From the IMG/VR virus record IMGVR_UViG_2974569193_000001, positions 44,702 to 108,701 of that record: DNA of 64,000 bases; one strand, given 5' to 3'. This document shows, piece after piece, positions 43,623 to 53,065 of this stretch; position 1 is the first letter of the stretch, and every line of letters begins with the position of its first letter. Below the pieces are notes generated by a model. That model worked only from the letters and a program-made list of their open reading frames with translations, was not told the origin of the DNA and made no database searches. This stretch comes from a virus (taxonomy: Duplodnaviria; Heunggongvirae; Uroviricota; Caudoviricetes). A program made the translations under genes and the position numbers.

Positions 43623-44957
43623 CTAGCGAAGGACGGTGAGGGTTTCGGCCGCGCGGGTGACGGCCGTGTAGAGCCACTTGTCCTCGTCGGCGCGGAAGCA
43701 GCCGGACTCGTCGATCACGACGACGTCCTTCCACTGCGAGCCCTGCGAGGCGTGGCAGGTGATGGCGTAGGCCCAGTCGGCGACGATCGAGTTCTTCAGC
43801 GCCCGCCACGCCTTCTGCTCGGGCGCGGTGTAGCCCTTGGGCGTGCGCGAGAAGTGCTCCTCGAACATGCCCTGGAACATCATCTTGTCGTGGTGCTCGA
43901 CTCCGCTCTCCTCCTGGAACGAGCCCATGAAGGTGGCGTCGCCTTTGGTGAAGCTGACGTCCTTGATCGAGGTGACCTCGGTGCCGTTGGTCAGGTCCGG
44001 GTTGTCGCGGACGTTCTTGCGGATCATCAGCGGCTCACCCTTCTGGGGGCCGACGCGCTCGCCGGGATATTCGACGAAGCCGAACTCCGAGCGCAGTTGC
44101 TGGTTGGTGTTCCAGCGCGTCTTGTTGCGGCCGACGATGAACTGCGGGCGGTCCTCGAAATCGAAGACCTCCTCGTACTCCTGGCGCCGCATCACCTTCA
44201 CGCCGCTGCCGTAGTCGCGGTACGGCAGGTCCTTGCCTTCGCGCGCCAGGGTCGACAGGTGGATGATCGGATTGTCCTTGGCCTGACGGTGGATTTCCGA
44301 CAGGAAGAAGTCAGGGTCGTTCGCCAGCAGGCCTGCGGAGTCCTCGACCGGCGGAAGCTGACCGGGATCGCCCATTGCGAAGATCGGCACGCCGAATTCC
44401 ATCAGGTCGTCGGTCATGCGCCGGCCGACCATGGAGGCTTCGTCGACCACGATCAGGCTGGCCAGTTGGATGGCGCTGTCGGGGTTGAGTTGGAAGTTGA
44501 TCTTGTCCTCGCGGTACGCGGCGCTGAGTTCGGCCTCCAGGCGCGTGATCAGCTTGCGTTGCGTGAAGATGTGCTGATCCTTGTCGGGATCGCCGCCGTC
44601 CATGGCCAAGATGTACATCGCCTCCGAGAGCGCTTCCCGGTGGTTTTCCAGGTCGGTTTCCAGTTGCGAGATCGGCGCGGGCTTGGCGCGATAGATGGAC
44701 GAGTGGATCGTGCCGGCGTTGGTGTTCGGGTAGCCCTGGGCCTTGAGCTTGGTGCGCATGACCTTGGCGGCCTTGCCCGTCGGGGCGACGAAGGCCACGG
44801 TCTCGGGCGCGATGCCGAGGGTGTCGAGGATGAAGGGTAGGATGGTCGACTTGCCCGAGCCGGCGAAGCCGGTCATGGTCGTCAGAGGCTGGCCGTCCTT
44901 GATCTTCTCAACGACGACCTTGCGGCACTTGTCCTGTTGATCGCTGAGAGTGGTCAT
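43623..44957 (-). CDS. RecD/Dda-like SF1 helicase
   Basis: GFAGSGKST, APTGKAA, TIHS, VDEASMV, GDPGQLPPV, YAITCHASQGSQW, LYTAVTRA. Confidence 0.92.
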   Translation of the reverse strand: MTTLSDQQDKCRKVVVEKIKDGQPLTTMTGFAGSGKSTILPFILDTLGIAPETVAFVAPTGKAAKVMRTKLKAQGYPNTNAGTIHSSIYRAKPAPISQLETDLENHREALSEAMYILAMDGGDPDKDQHIFTQRKLITRLEAELSAAYREDKINFQLNPDSAIQLASLIVVDEASMVGRRMTDDLMEFGVPIFAMGDPGQLPPVEDSAGLLANDPDFFLSEIHRQAKDNPIIHLSTLAREGKDLPYRDYGSGVKVMRRQEYEEVFDFEDRPQFIVGRNKTRWNTNQQLRSEFGFVEYPGERVGPQKGEPLMIRKNVRDNPDLTNGTEVTSIKDVSFTKGDATFMGSFQEESGVEHHDKMMFQGMFEEHFSRTPKGYTAPEQKAWRALKNSIVADWAYAITCHASQGSQWKDVVVIDESGCFRADEDKWLYTAVTRAAETLTVLR

Positions 44958-45029
44958 CGGGGTCTTTCGGGCACGAGCGAGGTAACCCGCCCGGACAAGC
45001 CGGGCGGGTTGGTCGAAGCAGAGAGGTGC

Positions 45030-46118
45030 TTAGAAGCGCCCGCGCGTGGTGCGCGGCTTGTCCTCGTCCTCGTCGTCGCGGCTCGAACGACGGGTCGAAC
45101 GCTCTTCACGTTCGTCGCGGTCGTCACGATCGTCGTCGCGCGAGCGGCGGGCCGGACGCTCATCCTCGTCGTCGCGGCTCGAACGACGCGCCGGGCGCTC
45201 TTCGTCCTCGTCACGCGAACGGCGGGCCGGGCGTTCCTCGCGGTCGTCCTTGGCCTTGTCGTCCTCGTCGTCGCGGCTCGAACGGCGGGTCGAACGCTCT
45301 TCACGCTCGTCCTCGTCACGGGCCGGGCGGCGGGTCGAACGCTCTTCGCGCTCGTCCTCGTCGCGCGAGGTGCGCTTGTCCTCGTCGCCGCGCGCGCGGC
45401 GGGCCGGACGCTCGTCTTCGTCCTCGCGACCACGGCGCGAGCCGCGCTTGTCTTCGAGGGCCTTGCCCTTGCCGGCTTCGTAGTCTTCCTGCGAGCCCTC
45501 GACCAGGGAGGCGAGGTCCTTCTCGGCCATCCAGTCGACGATCTTGAACTTGGGCGCGTACTTGGTGACCTTACGGCCGCCCTTGGTCTTGCCCTCGAAC
45601 TCGTTGGAGTCCAGTTCGATGATCGGCAGTTCGCCGGGGTGGTTGCGGAAGCTGTTGCCGAAGTCCTTCAGGAACGCGGCCAGCGCGCGGCGCTTGGACA
45701 CGTTGTTGGCCTGGAAGACCATCTCGACATAGGGCTCGTCGATCAGACGGAAGTCGATCGTGTACTGCTCGACCGGGCCGTCTTCTTCGCCGTAGGGGCC
45801 GTGGTCCGGCAGGCTACCCTTGGTGGGCTGCGGGCCGTCCGCCAGGGCGACCATTTCTTCGTAGACGACCTTGCCGTCCACCCAGATCACCCAGCCGCGC
45901 TTGTAGGAGCGCAGGTTCGCGGCCATCCGCGTGCCCGTCTTCAGCGGCTCGTCTTCGGCGCCGTAGGAATACGAGCCGTCGTTGCCGTCGAACTTCATGA
46001 AGGCCTTGCCGTCGCCGCCGCCCTTGAGGTTGTTGGCCTCGGTGGCGATCATGGCGTAGAAATCGTCGTTCGAGGTCAGATAGCCGCCGCTCGAACGGGT
46101 GGTCACTTCGTTACCCAT
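45030..46118 (-). CDS. putative ssDNA-binding/annealing protein with charged repetitive C-terminal tail
   Basis: Globular N-terminus, then repeats such as EDEERPARRSSRDDED; replication-module context. Confidence 0.6.
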   Translation of the reverse strand: MGNEVTTRSSGGYLTSNDDFYAMIATEANNLKGGGDGKAFMKFDGNDGSYSYGAEDEPLKTGTRMAANLRSYKRGWVIWVDGKVVYEEMVALADGPQPTKGSLPDHGPYGEEDGPVEQYTIDFRLIDEPYVEMVFQANNVSKRRALAAFLKDFGNSFRNHPGELPIIELDSNEFEGKTKGGRKVTKYAPKFKIVDWMAEKDLASLVEGSQEDYEAGKGKALEDKRGSRRGREDEDERPARRARGDEDKRTSRDEDEREERSTRRPARDEDEREERSTRRSSRDDEDDKAKDDREERPARRSRDEDEERPARRSSRDDEDERPARRSRDDDRDDRDEREERSTRRSSRDDEDEDKPRTTRGRF

Positions 46119-46229
46119 AGTGCTGATGCCTATTTTCTGGGAGTTCCCCGGAAGCGAGATTGCCTCCGGGGCTGTTTCTAGGACTAGACTGAGACTAGCT
46201 AGGACTAAGTGAAGAGAACCGAAGTAGAG

Positions 46230-47366
46230 CTATTCCTCGTCCGCCTTCTGAGCACCCTTTTCAGAGATGTTCAGGCGGCCGTGGCCTTCGCCTTCCTTCA
46301 TGTAATCTTCGATATTGAGACCATGTTCAGCCAGCGCCTCGCGAACCGCGCTGGTGTCGAGGGTCTTGCGACCCTTGATCCAGGAAATGGAGCCCTTGAT
46401 CTTGCCGTCCGCAGACTTCGCGACCCGGACCCCGGTATTCGTGAACCACTGCTTCAGAGCCTCCGAAGCAGCTTTGTGGCCCACTTCGGCGGCCTTTTTC
46501 GCAGCCGAGGCGCACCGCTCCTCGACCACAAGGCGTTCGAACTCAGCCAGGATGGGCAGCGGCGTCTCCTTGGAGTTCGCCTCGCCCTTCGTGGGGGTGG
46601 ACTTTTTGATGGTCTGCGCGCACGCGACCTTGTAGGGGCAGTAGGTGCAGGAACTGTCGATCTTGCCCTCGGCCATGATCTCGCTCGGGTCTTCGATCTC
46701 GAAGACGTCCCGCGAGCGCTGCATGGCCACGTCGAAGGCCTTCTGGTCGAAGGGCACCACGAAGATTTCGATGTCGTCGAAGAAGCTGGCGTCGACGTAG
46801 ATGATCACCGCGTAGTTCGGTCGCCACGACGAAAGCTGACGGGTAAGGCCCATCTGGACGATCGTCTGGCCCCGATGGATGGCCTTTTCCTCCTTCAGAT
46901 TCACGCGGGGATCGACCGATTTGATCTCCACGTTGAAGCAGTTGGAGGGGTGCTCGACATCCTTGCGCGAGCCGCCCAGCGAGGCGATCCCGTAGTTGGC
47001 CAGGGCGTCGTCGTCGGCGTAGATCACCAGCCCGTCGGGCGTGGCCGACAGCGGGGCCTCAGGCGAGATGAGGGTCTTCTGGTTGGCGCCGCCCCAGATC
47101 AGTTGGGCGTCGCGCGTCAGGTTCTCGGTGATCCACTGCACGCCGGGCTCGACGAAGTGGTTCTCGATCATGTCCCCGCGCTGGAGCGCGCCCCAGGACT
47201 GCTCATAGTCGGGGTCCTTGGGGGCGTCGTGCTTGGCGTACCAGACCTTGCGCAGGCACCCAAAAGCCTCGGACGCGCCCACGGACTTGGTCCGGTCGTG
47301 CTTCCAGACCTTCTGGCGGGAGTTCACCCACTTGTCGAAGCCGTCTTTGAAATCGATCGCAGCCAT
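46230..47366 (-). CDS. PD-(D/E)XK (Cas4/YqaJ-like) exonuclease
   Basis: VGASEAFGCLRK, SATPDG, VEIKS, Q..QMG, C-terminal CxYCPY...C. Confidence 0.85.
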   Translation of the reverse strand: MAAIDFKDGFDKWVNSRQKVWKHDRTKSVGASEAFGCLRKVWYAKHDAPKDPDYEQSWGALQRGDMIENHFVEPGVQWITENLTRDAQLIWGGANQKTLISPEAPLSATPDGLVIYADDDALANYGIASLGGSRKDVEHPSNCFNVEIKSVDPRVNLKEEKAIHRGQTIVQMGLTRQLSSWRPNYAVIIYVDASFFDDIEIFVVPFDQKAFDVAMQRSRDVFEIEDPSEIMAEGKIDSSCTYCPYKVACAQTIKKSTPTKGEANSKETPLPILAEFERLVVEERCASAAKKAAEVGHKAASEALKQWFTNTGVRVAKSADGKIKGSISWIKGRKTLDTSAVREALAEHGLNIEDYMKEGEGHGRLNISEKGAQKADEE

Positions 47367-47441
47367 TAGCGTACCGCCGTCATAAAATCCTGGTTTCGTG
47401 ACTAGGGTTCATCCAGGGTCACGGGCCTGGGGACGCGGGCG

Positions 47442-47525
47442 CTAGGTCCGGTCGAGCCGGTTGCGCAACCAGATCAGGCCGCCGATCGCGGCGACGACGA
47501 AGAGGGTCAGGATGACGTCGTTCAC
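47442..47525 (-). CDS. 27-aa single-TM micropeptide (MNDVILTLFVVAAIGGLIWLRNRLDRT)
   Basis: GTGA overlap with the exonuclease stop; GGAG upstream. Confidence 0.55.
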   Translation of the reverse strand: MNDVILTLFVVAAIGGLIWLRNRLDRT

Positions 47526-48151
47526 GCCGTCTTCTCCTGGAGCTTGGCCGCCACCATGTCCTGCATGGCGTAGTAGCAGCGGCGCGTGGCCTGGACGTCG
47601 GCGATTGCGGTGTGGGCGTCTTCGAAGCCTTCGCCGGTCAGGTGCTTGTGCAGGTCGATCAGCTTGGGCTTGCGATAGCCGCCCTGGCGCGAGGGCAGCT
47701 TCATCAGCGGCGTGCCCGCCACGATGGTGTCAAACATCGACTTGCCTTCGAACGGGTCGGCGTCGGGCCGGCCCATGACGCGGCGCACCACGTTGGTCAC
47801 GATCTTGTTGTCGAAGGAGATGTGGTTGTGCCCCACGATCACGTCGGCGACGGCGACGAGGTCCATGAAGGCCTCGATCGCGATGGCCTCGGTCATGCCG
47901 ATCTTCTCGGAGATTTCCGGCGAGACGCCGTGGATGGCGGCGGCGCCGCCCTTGCCGTCGCGGCCAATCGTCCAATCGCTCAAGACGCTGGTCGGGACCG
48001 TCCCCAGGCTCAGGATCGTGTCGAGGCGGGCGGCCTCGCGGCGATCGGGATAGGCCAGGATCGCACCCAGTTGGACGATGCGGGGTTGCTCGTCCAGGGG
48101 CTTCTTGCCGTCCGGAAAACCGGTGGTCTCGGTGTCGTAAAAAAGGATCAT
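47522..48151 (-). CDS. DEDDh 3'-5' exonuclease (DNA pol III epsilon-like)
   Basis: FYDTETTG, VGHNHISFD, AHTAIADV. Confidence 0.9.
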   Translation of the reverse strand: MILFYDTETTGFPDGKKPLDEQPRIVQLGAILAYPDRREAARLDTILSLGTVPTSVLSDWTIGRDGKGGAAAIHGVSPEISEKIGMTEAIAIEAFMDLVAVADVIVGHNHISFDNKIVTNVVRRVMGRPDADPFEGKSMFDTIVAGTPLMKLPSRQGGYRKPKLIDLHKHLTGEGFEDAHTAIADVQATRRCYYAMQDMVAAKLQEKTA

Positions 48152-48200
48152 CGGGGCGATCTCGTTCGGGAGTGTCTTGTTAACCAAGTTCCGGATGGGT

Positions 48201-48215
48201 GTCAAGATTCACGAC
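48201..48215 (-). promoter_or_regulatory. GTCGTGAATCTTGAC promoter element (minus strand)
   Basis: Exact motif. Confidence 0.7.
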
Positions 48216-48223
48216 ATCAAAAG

Positions 48224-48886
48224 TCACGAAGGATGACGCACGGCCTTGATGATTTCGTAGACGCGCTGCACCGACAGGCCCAGGTCCGCCGCGATCGACG
48301 ACACCGGCTCGCCGTCGGCGTAGCGCTTCTCGGTCCAGGCGTAGTGCGCCTTCTTGGTCTCCTCGCGCTTGGCCTTGGCCTCGGGCGCGTGGCGGTCGAT
48401 GAAGCGGTAGATCGCGATCCGCGAGACGCCGTATTGCTCGGCGATGAACGGCACGGGCGCGAAGCTGGTGAATTGCAGGACGATGTCGTCGGCGTGGTCG
48501 GCGAGGGCCATGTTGTGCTCCAGGGTATCGAGGGCGCGGTCGATCACCACCGCCGCGCGCTTGGAAGGCTGTTTGGTCAGGAAGCCGCAGGGGCGGCCGG
48601 CGGCGTAGGGCGGCTCGCACCCTTCGATGAGGTATTGTTCGGCGGTAGGGTCCAGCCGCTGGCCGGCCGCGTTCGCCAGCCACCAGTGGGTGCCGCCGTC
48701 GGGGTCGGGCGCGACCATGGGCCGCCAGGGGCCGTCGCGCCCGCCGGACAGATGCCAGAGCGCCTCGGAGGCGACATAGCAGTGCCCGGCGGTCGGGTTC
48801 GAAGCCGTGTACGCGGAACGGTAGGGCTCGCGCAGAAGCTCGGGTGTAAGGGCGCGCTGCACCGCTCTGAGGGTCTCGATGTCCAT
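48224..48886 (-). CDS. hypothetical protein with C-terminal tandem HTH; possible internal start 48511
   Basis: Real coding part of listed ORF 48224-51022; ATG overlaps the polymerase TGA; IAEQYGVSRIAIYR and IAADLGLSVQRVYE. Confidence 0.7.
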   Translation of the reverse strand: MDIETLRAVQRALTPELLREPYRSAYTASNPTAGHCYVASEALWHLSGGRDGPWRPMVAPDPDGGTHWWLANAAGQRLDPTAEQYLIEGCEPPYAAGRPCGFLTKQPSKRAAVVIDRALDTLEHNMALADHADDIVLQFTSFAPVPFIAEQYGVSRIAIYRFIDRHAPEAKAKREETKKAHYAWTEKRYADGEPVSSIAADLGLSVQRVYEIIKAVRHPS

Positions 48887-51132
48887 CAGTGCGTCTCGGC
48901 CCAGGTGCGGCCCCACTTTACGTCCACGTCGACCGGCAGGCGGAAGTCGAACCGGTGCCCGGCTTCCTTCGCCGCGTCGACGATGTTGCGGCGGCAGATT
49001 TCCTTGATCGCAGGGTCGTCGCGCACGGCGACTTGCATTTCGTCGTGGACCCAGGCCAGCACCGCGTAGTCGCCGTCCCAGCCGTGGACGAGGCCGTCGT
49101 CTTCGTTGAAGGTCTCGAAGTTGACGCACCAGCCCTTGGCGATGGTCGCGCCCGCGCCCTGGAGCTTGGTGTTGAGCGCCGAGTGCTTGGCCCGCACATA
49201 GAGCAGGCGCCCGTCGAGCGCGTCGACATAGCCGCGCTTGGCCTCCCGCTGCACGGCCTTGACGACCTGTTGTAGCGCGGGGATGCGCGTCATAATGCGG
49301 CGGCGCATTTCCGAGCCCAGGGCCTTGGCCTTGGCGACGTTCATCGTCAGGGTCGGATCGACGGTGCAGCCCAGCTTGTAGTCCTGAGCGCCGTAGATCA
49401 TGGCGTAGATGAAGGTCTTGGCGGTGTCGCGCGACTCCATTTCCATGGCGGCTTGGTGGACGCCGTGGACATCGCCATCCAGGACGATCTTGCCGTACTG
49501 GCCGTTGTCGAACTCCGCCATGAAGTGCGCAAGACAGCGCAGTTCGATGCCCGCTTGGTCGGCGCCCATGAGGACCCAGCCCTCGGGCACGTAGAAGAGG
49601 TCGCGGCTGTCCCAGCCGTGGTCGCCCTCGCGGCCCTTCATCAGGACCTTCTTGGTGACCACCTCGCCCTTCTCGTTGAGCGTGAACTCGCCCTCGGGCG
49701 TCAGCACCGGCCGGCCCCGGATTTGCTTGCCGTCCGGGCCGAGCAGCGGGACCTTCTTGGCCTCGTCCTGCCATTGCGGCGGCGACTTGAAGACGACGCG
49801 GGGGACCTGGGCGATGTTGGGATTGGAGTGCGAGGCGCGGTTGGTCACCGTGCCGCCCACGTTGACGCGGCCGTGAATCTTGCCGTCGCCGTTCCATTCC
49901 TCGCACTTGGCGAGCCAGCCGTTCTTGCCGTCGACCAGTTGTCCCAGGCGCTTCTTGTAGTAGAAGATTTCCGCCAGGGTCTCGCAGATCGGGATGACCA
50001 GCTTCTTGGTGTTCTCGTCCTCGGCCTTGGCCAGATCGCGCAGCACCTCGTCGTCGACGACGGGGGCGTTGTTCTCGGTGAACTCCTGGGGCTCCCAGCC
50101 GTAGACCTTGGTCAGGCGGTCGACGATCTGCTGGCGCGAGTTCGGGTTGAACTCGGTCAGCTTCACCGGGCAGAACGGGGCGCCGGCGGTGCGGTCGCCC
50201 TTCATCGGGTCCTTGTACTTGACGTCGCGCGTGGGCACCGTCACCTCGGCCCAGTGCTCGCGCGTGTCGTCCTCGCCGAACTCCGGGCGCGGACGATAGG
50301 AGACCTGATCCTTCTCGGGCTTGCCGGTCTCGGGCGAGCAGTAGGTGGTCGACTTGTTGCGCTTCAACCACTTGCCCGGAACCCACCAGGAGCCGAAGTG
50401 CTCGATCGCCTCGTCCGACATCTTGGTGTGGGCCGTGCGCAGTTCGTCTTCCAGGCGGCGCGCGCGCTCGCGGTGGAACGGGAAGCCGTTGCGCTGCACC
50501 CGCTCCATCATGTCGTGAACCATGTGTTCGAGCGTGATCGCGGTCTTGGACCACGGCCGGCTCTCGATCTTGCGCCACAGGGCCTCGGTGACCTCGACGT
50601 CCTGGATGGCGTAGTCTTCCATGTCCTGGTTCCAGGAGCCCCAGACGTAGCGGCTGATTTCCGCCTTGTCGGTGATGCCCTTGGCCTTGGCCTCTTCCTC
50701 GGCGACGTCGGCATAGTCGCCCTTGGGGAAGCCCAGGCGCTGGCCCCAGGCCCCCAGTTCGTGCGAGCCGATGTAGCCGCCGTAGAGGTCGCCGCGCTTC
50801 CACATCCGGAAGTCGTCGTCCTTCAGGTCGGCGAACAGCATCCGCGTCATCACCAGGGTGTCGCGCAGGATGCCTTGCGGGTTGAACTTGTCGCCGTAGA
50901 CCTTCTTGAGGGCCTCGCAGTCGAAGCCCACGATGTTGTGGCCGATCAACATCTCGGCCTCGTTCAGCATCTTGATGCCTTCGAGGATGTTGTCCTCGCG
51001 CTTGTTGCGGTGGAAGACCCACCGCTGGCGCGTGTCGGCGTCCTTGATCACCAGGATGTGGATGCGCGTGAGTTGCAGTAGCAGCCCATCGGTTTCCAAG
51101 TCGAAGAGGAGGCGGCGCTTACGCAGCTTCAT
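48886..51132 (-). CDS. family A DNA polymerase with 3'-5' exonuclease (T7-like)
   Basis: FDLETDG, GHNIVGFD, GADQAGIELR, AKTFIYAMIYG, WVHDE. Confidence 0.96.
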   Translation of the reverse strand: MKLRKRRLLFDLETDGLLLQLTRIHILVIKDADTRQRWVFHRNKREDNILEGIKMLNEAEMLIGHNIVGFDCEALKKVYGDKFNPQGILRDTLVMTRMLFADLKDDDFRMWKRGDLYGGYIGSHELGAWGQRLGFPKGDYADVAEEEAKAKGITDKAEISRYVWGSWNQDMEDYAIQDVEVTEALWRKIESRPWSKTAITLEHMVHDMMERVQRNGFPFHRERARRLEDELRTAHTKMSDEAIEHFGSWWVPGKWLKRNKSTTYCSPETGKPEKDQVSYRPRPEFGEDDTREHWAEVTVPTRDVKYKDPMKGDRTAGAPFCPVKLTEFNPNSRQQIVDRLTKVYGWEPQEFTENNAPVVDDEVLRDLAKAEDENTKKLVIPICETLAEIFYYKKRLGQLVDGKNGWLAKCEEWNGDGKIHGRVNVGGTVTNRASHSNPNIAQVPRVVFKSPPQWQDEAKKVPLLGPDGKQIRGRPVLTPEGEFTLNEKGEVVTKKVLMKGREGDHGWDSRDLFYVPEGWVLMGADQAGIELRCLAHFMAEFDNGQYGKIVLDGDVHGVHQAAMEMESRDTAKTFIYAMIYGAQDYKLGCTVDPTLTMNVAKAKALGSEMRRRIMTRIPALQQVVKAVQREAKRGYVDALDGRLLYVRAKHSALNTKLQGAGATIAKGWCVNFETFNEDDGLVHGWDGDYAVLAWVHDEMQVAVRDDPAIKEICRRNIVDAAKEAGHRFDFRLPVDVDVKWGRTWAETH

Positions 51133-52192
51133 GGAGCACCTTGAGAATCTGGTCGCCGATCCAGTCCACCATCGGGACGATCAAGCTGTTGCCGATGATG
51201 GTCCGGCGCTCGGTGTCGGAGAGGCCGGGCACGTCGGTATGGGTCCCCGACATCCCCATCAGGCGCTCGCACTCGGACACCGAATGGTTGCGGAGACGCC
51301 AGTCCTCGCCCTCCTTGACCAGGAGCATGCCGATGCTGGAGCCGCCGGCGGCGGTGCGCAGGCAGTTGGCGATCTGCCCGCCTTCTTCGATCTGCTGACC
51401 CGAGAAGCCGTTGATCACCCGCCCCCGGACGGCGACGGTGCGAGCCCGAAAGACAGGGCGGCCATCAATTCCGGGGACAACGTCCGCCCCGCGCTCAAAG
51501 CATTGCTCAAGAGCGTCGCACGGCGCGACGGGCTCATGTACAATCCGGCGGGGATCGAACCCGGAGCGTCGAGTACACGCGACAACGACAAGCCGCCGGC
51601 GGGACTGCGGGATTCCGAACTCAGGGCCGTCGAAGACGCGCCAAGCGATGGCGCGACGGGGTCCCAGCACGAAACCACAGTCCGGCCACCGACGCCCTGC
51701 CGCGTCGTCGTCACCTTCGGGCTTTCCGTAGGGGTAGAGGGGCTCGCGCTCTCCGGCGAGACGGCCGAGGAACTGTCCAAAGGCGTTGTCCTTGTTGGTG
51801 AGGAGCTTCGGGACGTTCTCGAAGCAGAAGATCGGAGGATCGACCTCGTCGACCACGCGCAGCCCCGAGAGCGTCAACTGCCCGCGCGGGTCATCCAGGC
51901 CCAGGCCCTTGCCGGCCTCGCTATAGGGCTGGCACGGGAACGAGGCCCACAGGACGTCGACCTCGCCCTCGTGGGCCGTGCCGTCGATCTGTTCGAGGTC
52001 CCCCAGGTTGGGGACGCTCGACCAGTGGTGCTTCAGCAGCCGGATCGGCGCCGAGGCGATTTCGCTGAAGAAGCGGGCCTTGCCGCCCTTACGCTCCCAG
52101 GCGTAGGACGGGACGTCCGCGCCGGAGCAAAGGGTCGCAAAGGTCCACGGCTGGACGTCGGGGACGTCCGCCTGGGGAGGGATCGAGGGCAT
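51119..52192 (-). CDS. DNA (cytosine-5) methyltransferase
   Basis: LCSGA, FPCQPYS, FENVP, PQSRRR, ECERLMG, GNS. Confidence 0.9.
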   Translation of the reverse strand: MPSIPPQADVPDVQPWTFATLCSGADVPSYAWERKGGKARFFSEIASAPIRLLKHHWSSVPNLGDLEQIDGTAHEGEVDVLWASFPCQPYSEAGKGLGLDDPRGQLTLSGLRVVDEVDPPIFCFENVPKLLTNKDNAFGQFLGRLAGEREPLYPYGKPEGDDDAAGRRWPDCGFVLGPRRAIAWRVFDGPEFGIPQSRRRLVVVACTRRSGFDPRRIVHEPVAPCDALEQCFERGADVVPGIDGRPVFRARTVAVRGRVINGFSGQQIEEGGQIANCLRTAAGGSSIGMLLVKEGEDWRLRNHSVSECERLMGMSGTHTDVPGLSDTERRTIIGNSLIVPMVDWIGDQILKVLHEAA

Positions 52193-52210
52193 GAGGTATG
52201 GTTAACCGAT

Positions 52211-52225
52211 GTCGTGAATCACGTC
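52211..52225. promoter_or_regulatory. divergent motif variant GTCGTGAATCACGTC
   Basis: Keeps GTCGTGAATC; upstream of the methyltransferase, next to TTAACCAT. Confidence 0.45.
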
Positions 52226-52246
52226 AAGAAATGTCGTCAGGGACGA

Positions 52247-53053
52247 CTACTTCTGACCGTTGGCGGCGGCGATCTCGGCATCCGTCAGCAGACGGCGGCC
52301 GGTGGTCTTGACCTCGCCGCGCCAGACGCGGTCGGCCATCTTCAGGAAGGCCTTGGCGACCTTCTGCTTGTTCTCGTGGCCGATGTGACGCACCATCGAC
52401 AGCGGCCAGCGCGGGGGAAGGGCGTAGAAGAACATCACCCCCGGCTTGGTGTAGGCGTCGACGACGAAGTCGCCGGCCATCCGCTTGTTGACCGAGAACG
52501 ACTGGTCGCCCAGGATCGCGGTGTTGGTGTCGTCGTAGTAGCCGATGCCCAGCCTGATCTTGTCGATCGCGCTGTCGTAGGCCAGCCAGATGAGGCGCCC
52601 GTCACCCAGGCTCACCTCGTCGACCTTCCAGTCCTCAGGGTGGCCCCAGACGGCGTCGTGCGCCATCCGGATGGCCTCGGCCAGCAGGGTGCGTTTCATG
52701 GGCGCGGGCTTGATCAGTTCCCTGGTCGGCCGGCCTTCTGCGTCGGTGCCTTCGAGGTAGTACGCCATCCCCGGACCCTCGCCGCTCAGGTCGAACGCTT
52801 CCAGGCCGTTGAACATCGGGGCCAGCCGCCCCGTCTTCAGGCGGATGCCTTCGCGCTCGATCTGGTCGGCGATCTCGTAGGCGAAACCCGGCTTGAGATT
52901 CATGGTCATGACGTGCGTCATGTTGAGGCCCGTGGGGGACTCATGGCCCACGCCGATCTGGATCGACTGGGTTTCGTCGGTGACCAGGGCGTAGAGGAAG
53001 CCGCCCTTGGGGCTCGTGTCCATGGGGACGCGGCGGGAGACGAGAAGGGTCAT
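52247..53053 (-). CDS. hypothetical protein
   Basis: 268 aa; GAGG SD; phage-like codon usage. Confidence 0.75.
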   Translation of the reverse strand: MTLLVSRRVPMDTSPKGGFLYALVTDETQSIQIGVGHESPTGLNMTHVMTMNLKPGFAYEIADQIEREGIRLKTGRLAPMFNGLEAFDLSGEGPGMAYYLEGTDAEGRPTRELIKPAPMKRTLLAEAIRMAHDAVWGHPEDWKVDEVSLGDGRLIWLAYDSAIDKIRLGIGYYDDTNTAILGDQSFSVNKRMAGDFVVDAYTKPGVMFFYALPPRWPLSMVRHIGHENKQKVAKAFLKMADRVWRGEVKTTGRRLLTDAEIAAANGQK

Positions 53054-53065
53054 GGAGGGTCCTCG

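Noticed and set aside
48889-51022. N-terminal part of listed ORF 48224-51022
   Set aside because: Alternate frame overlapping the DNA polymerase; only 48224-48886 looks coding.
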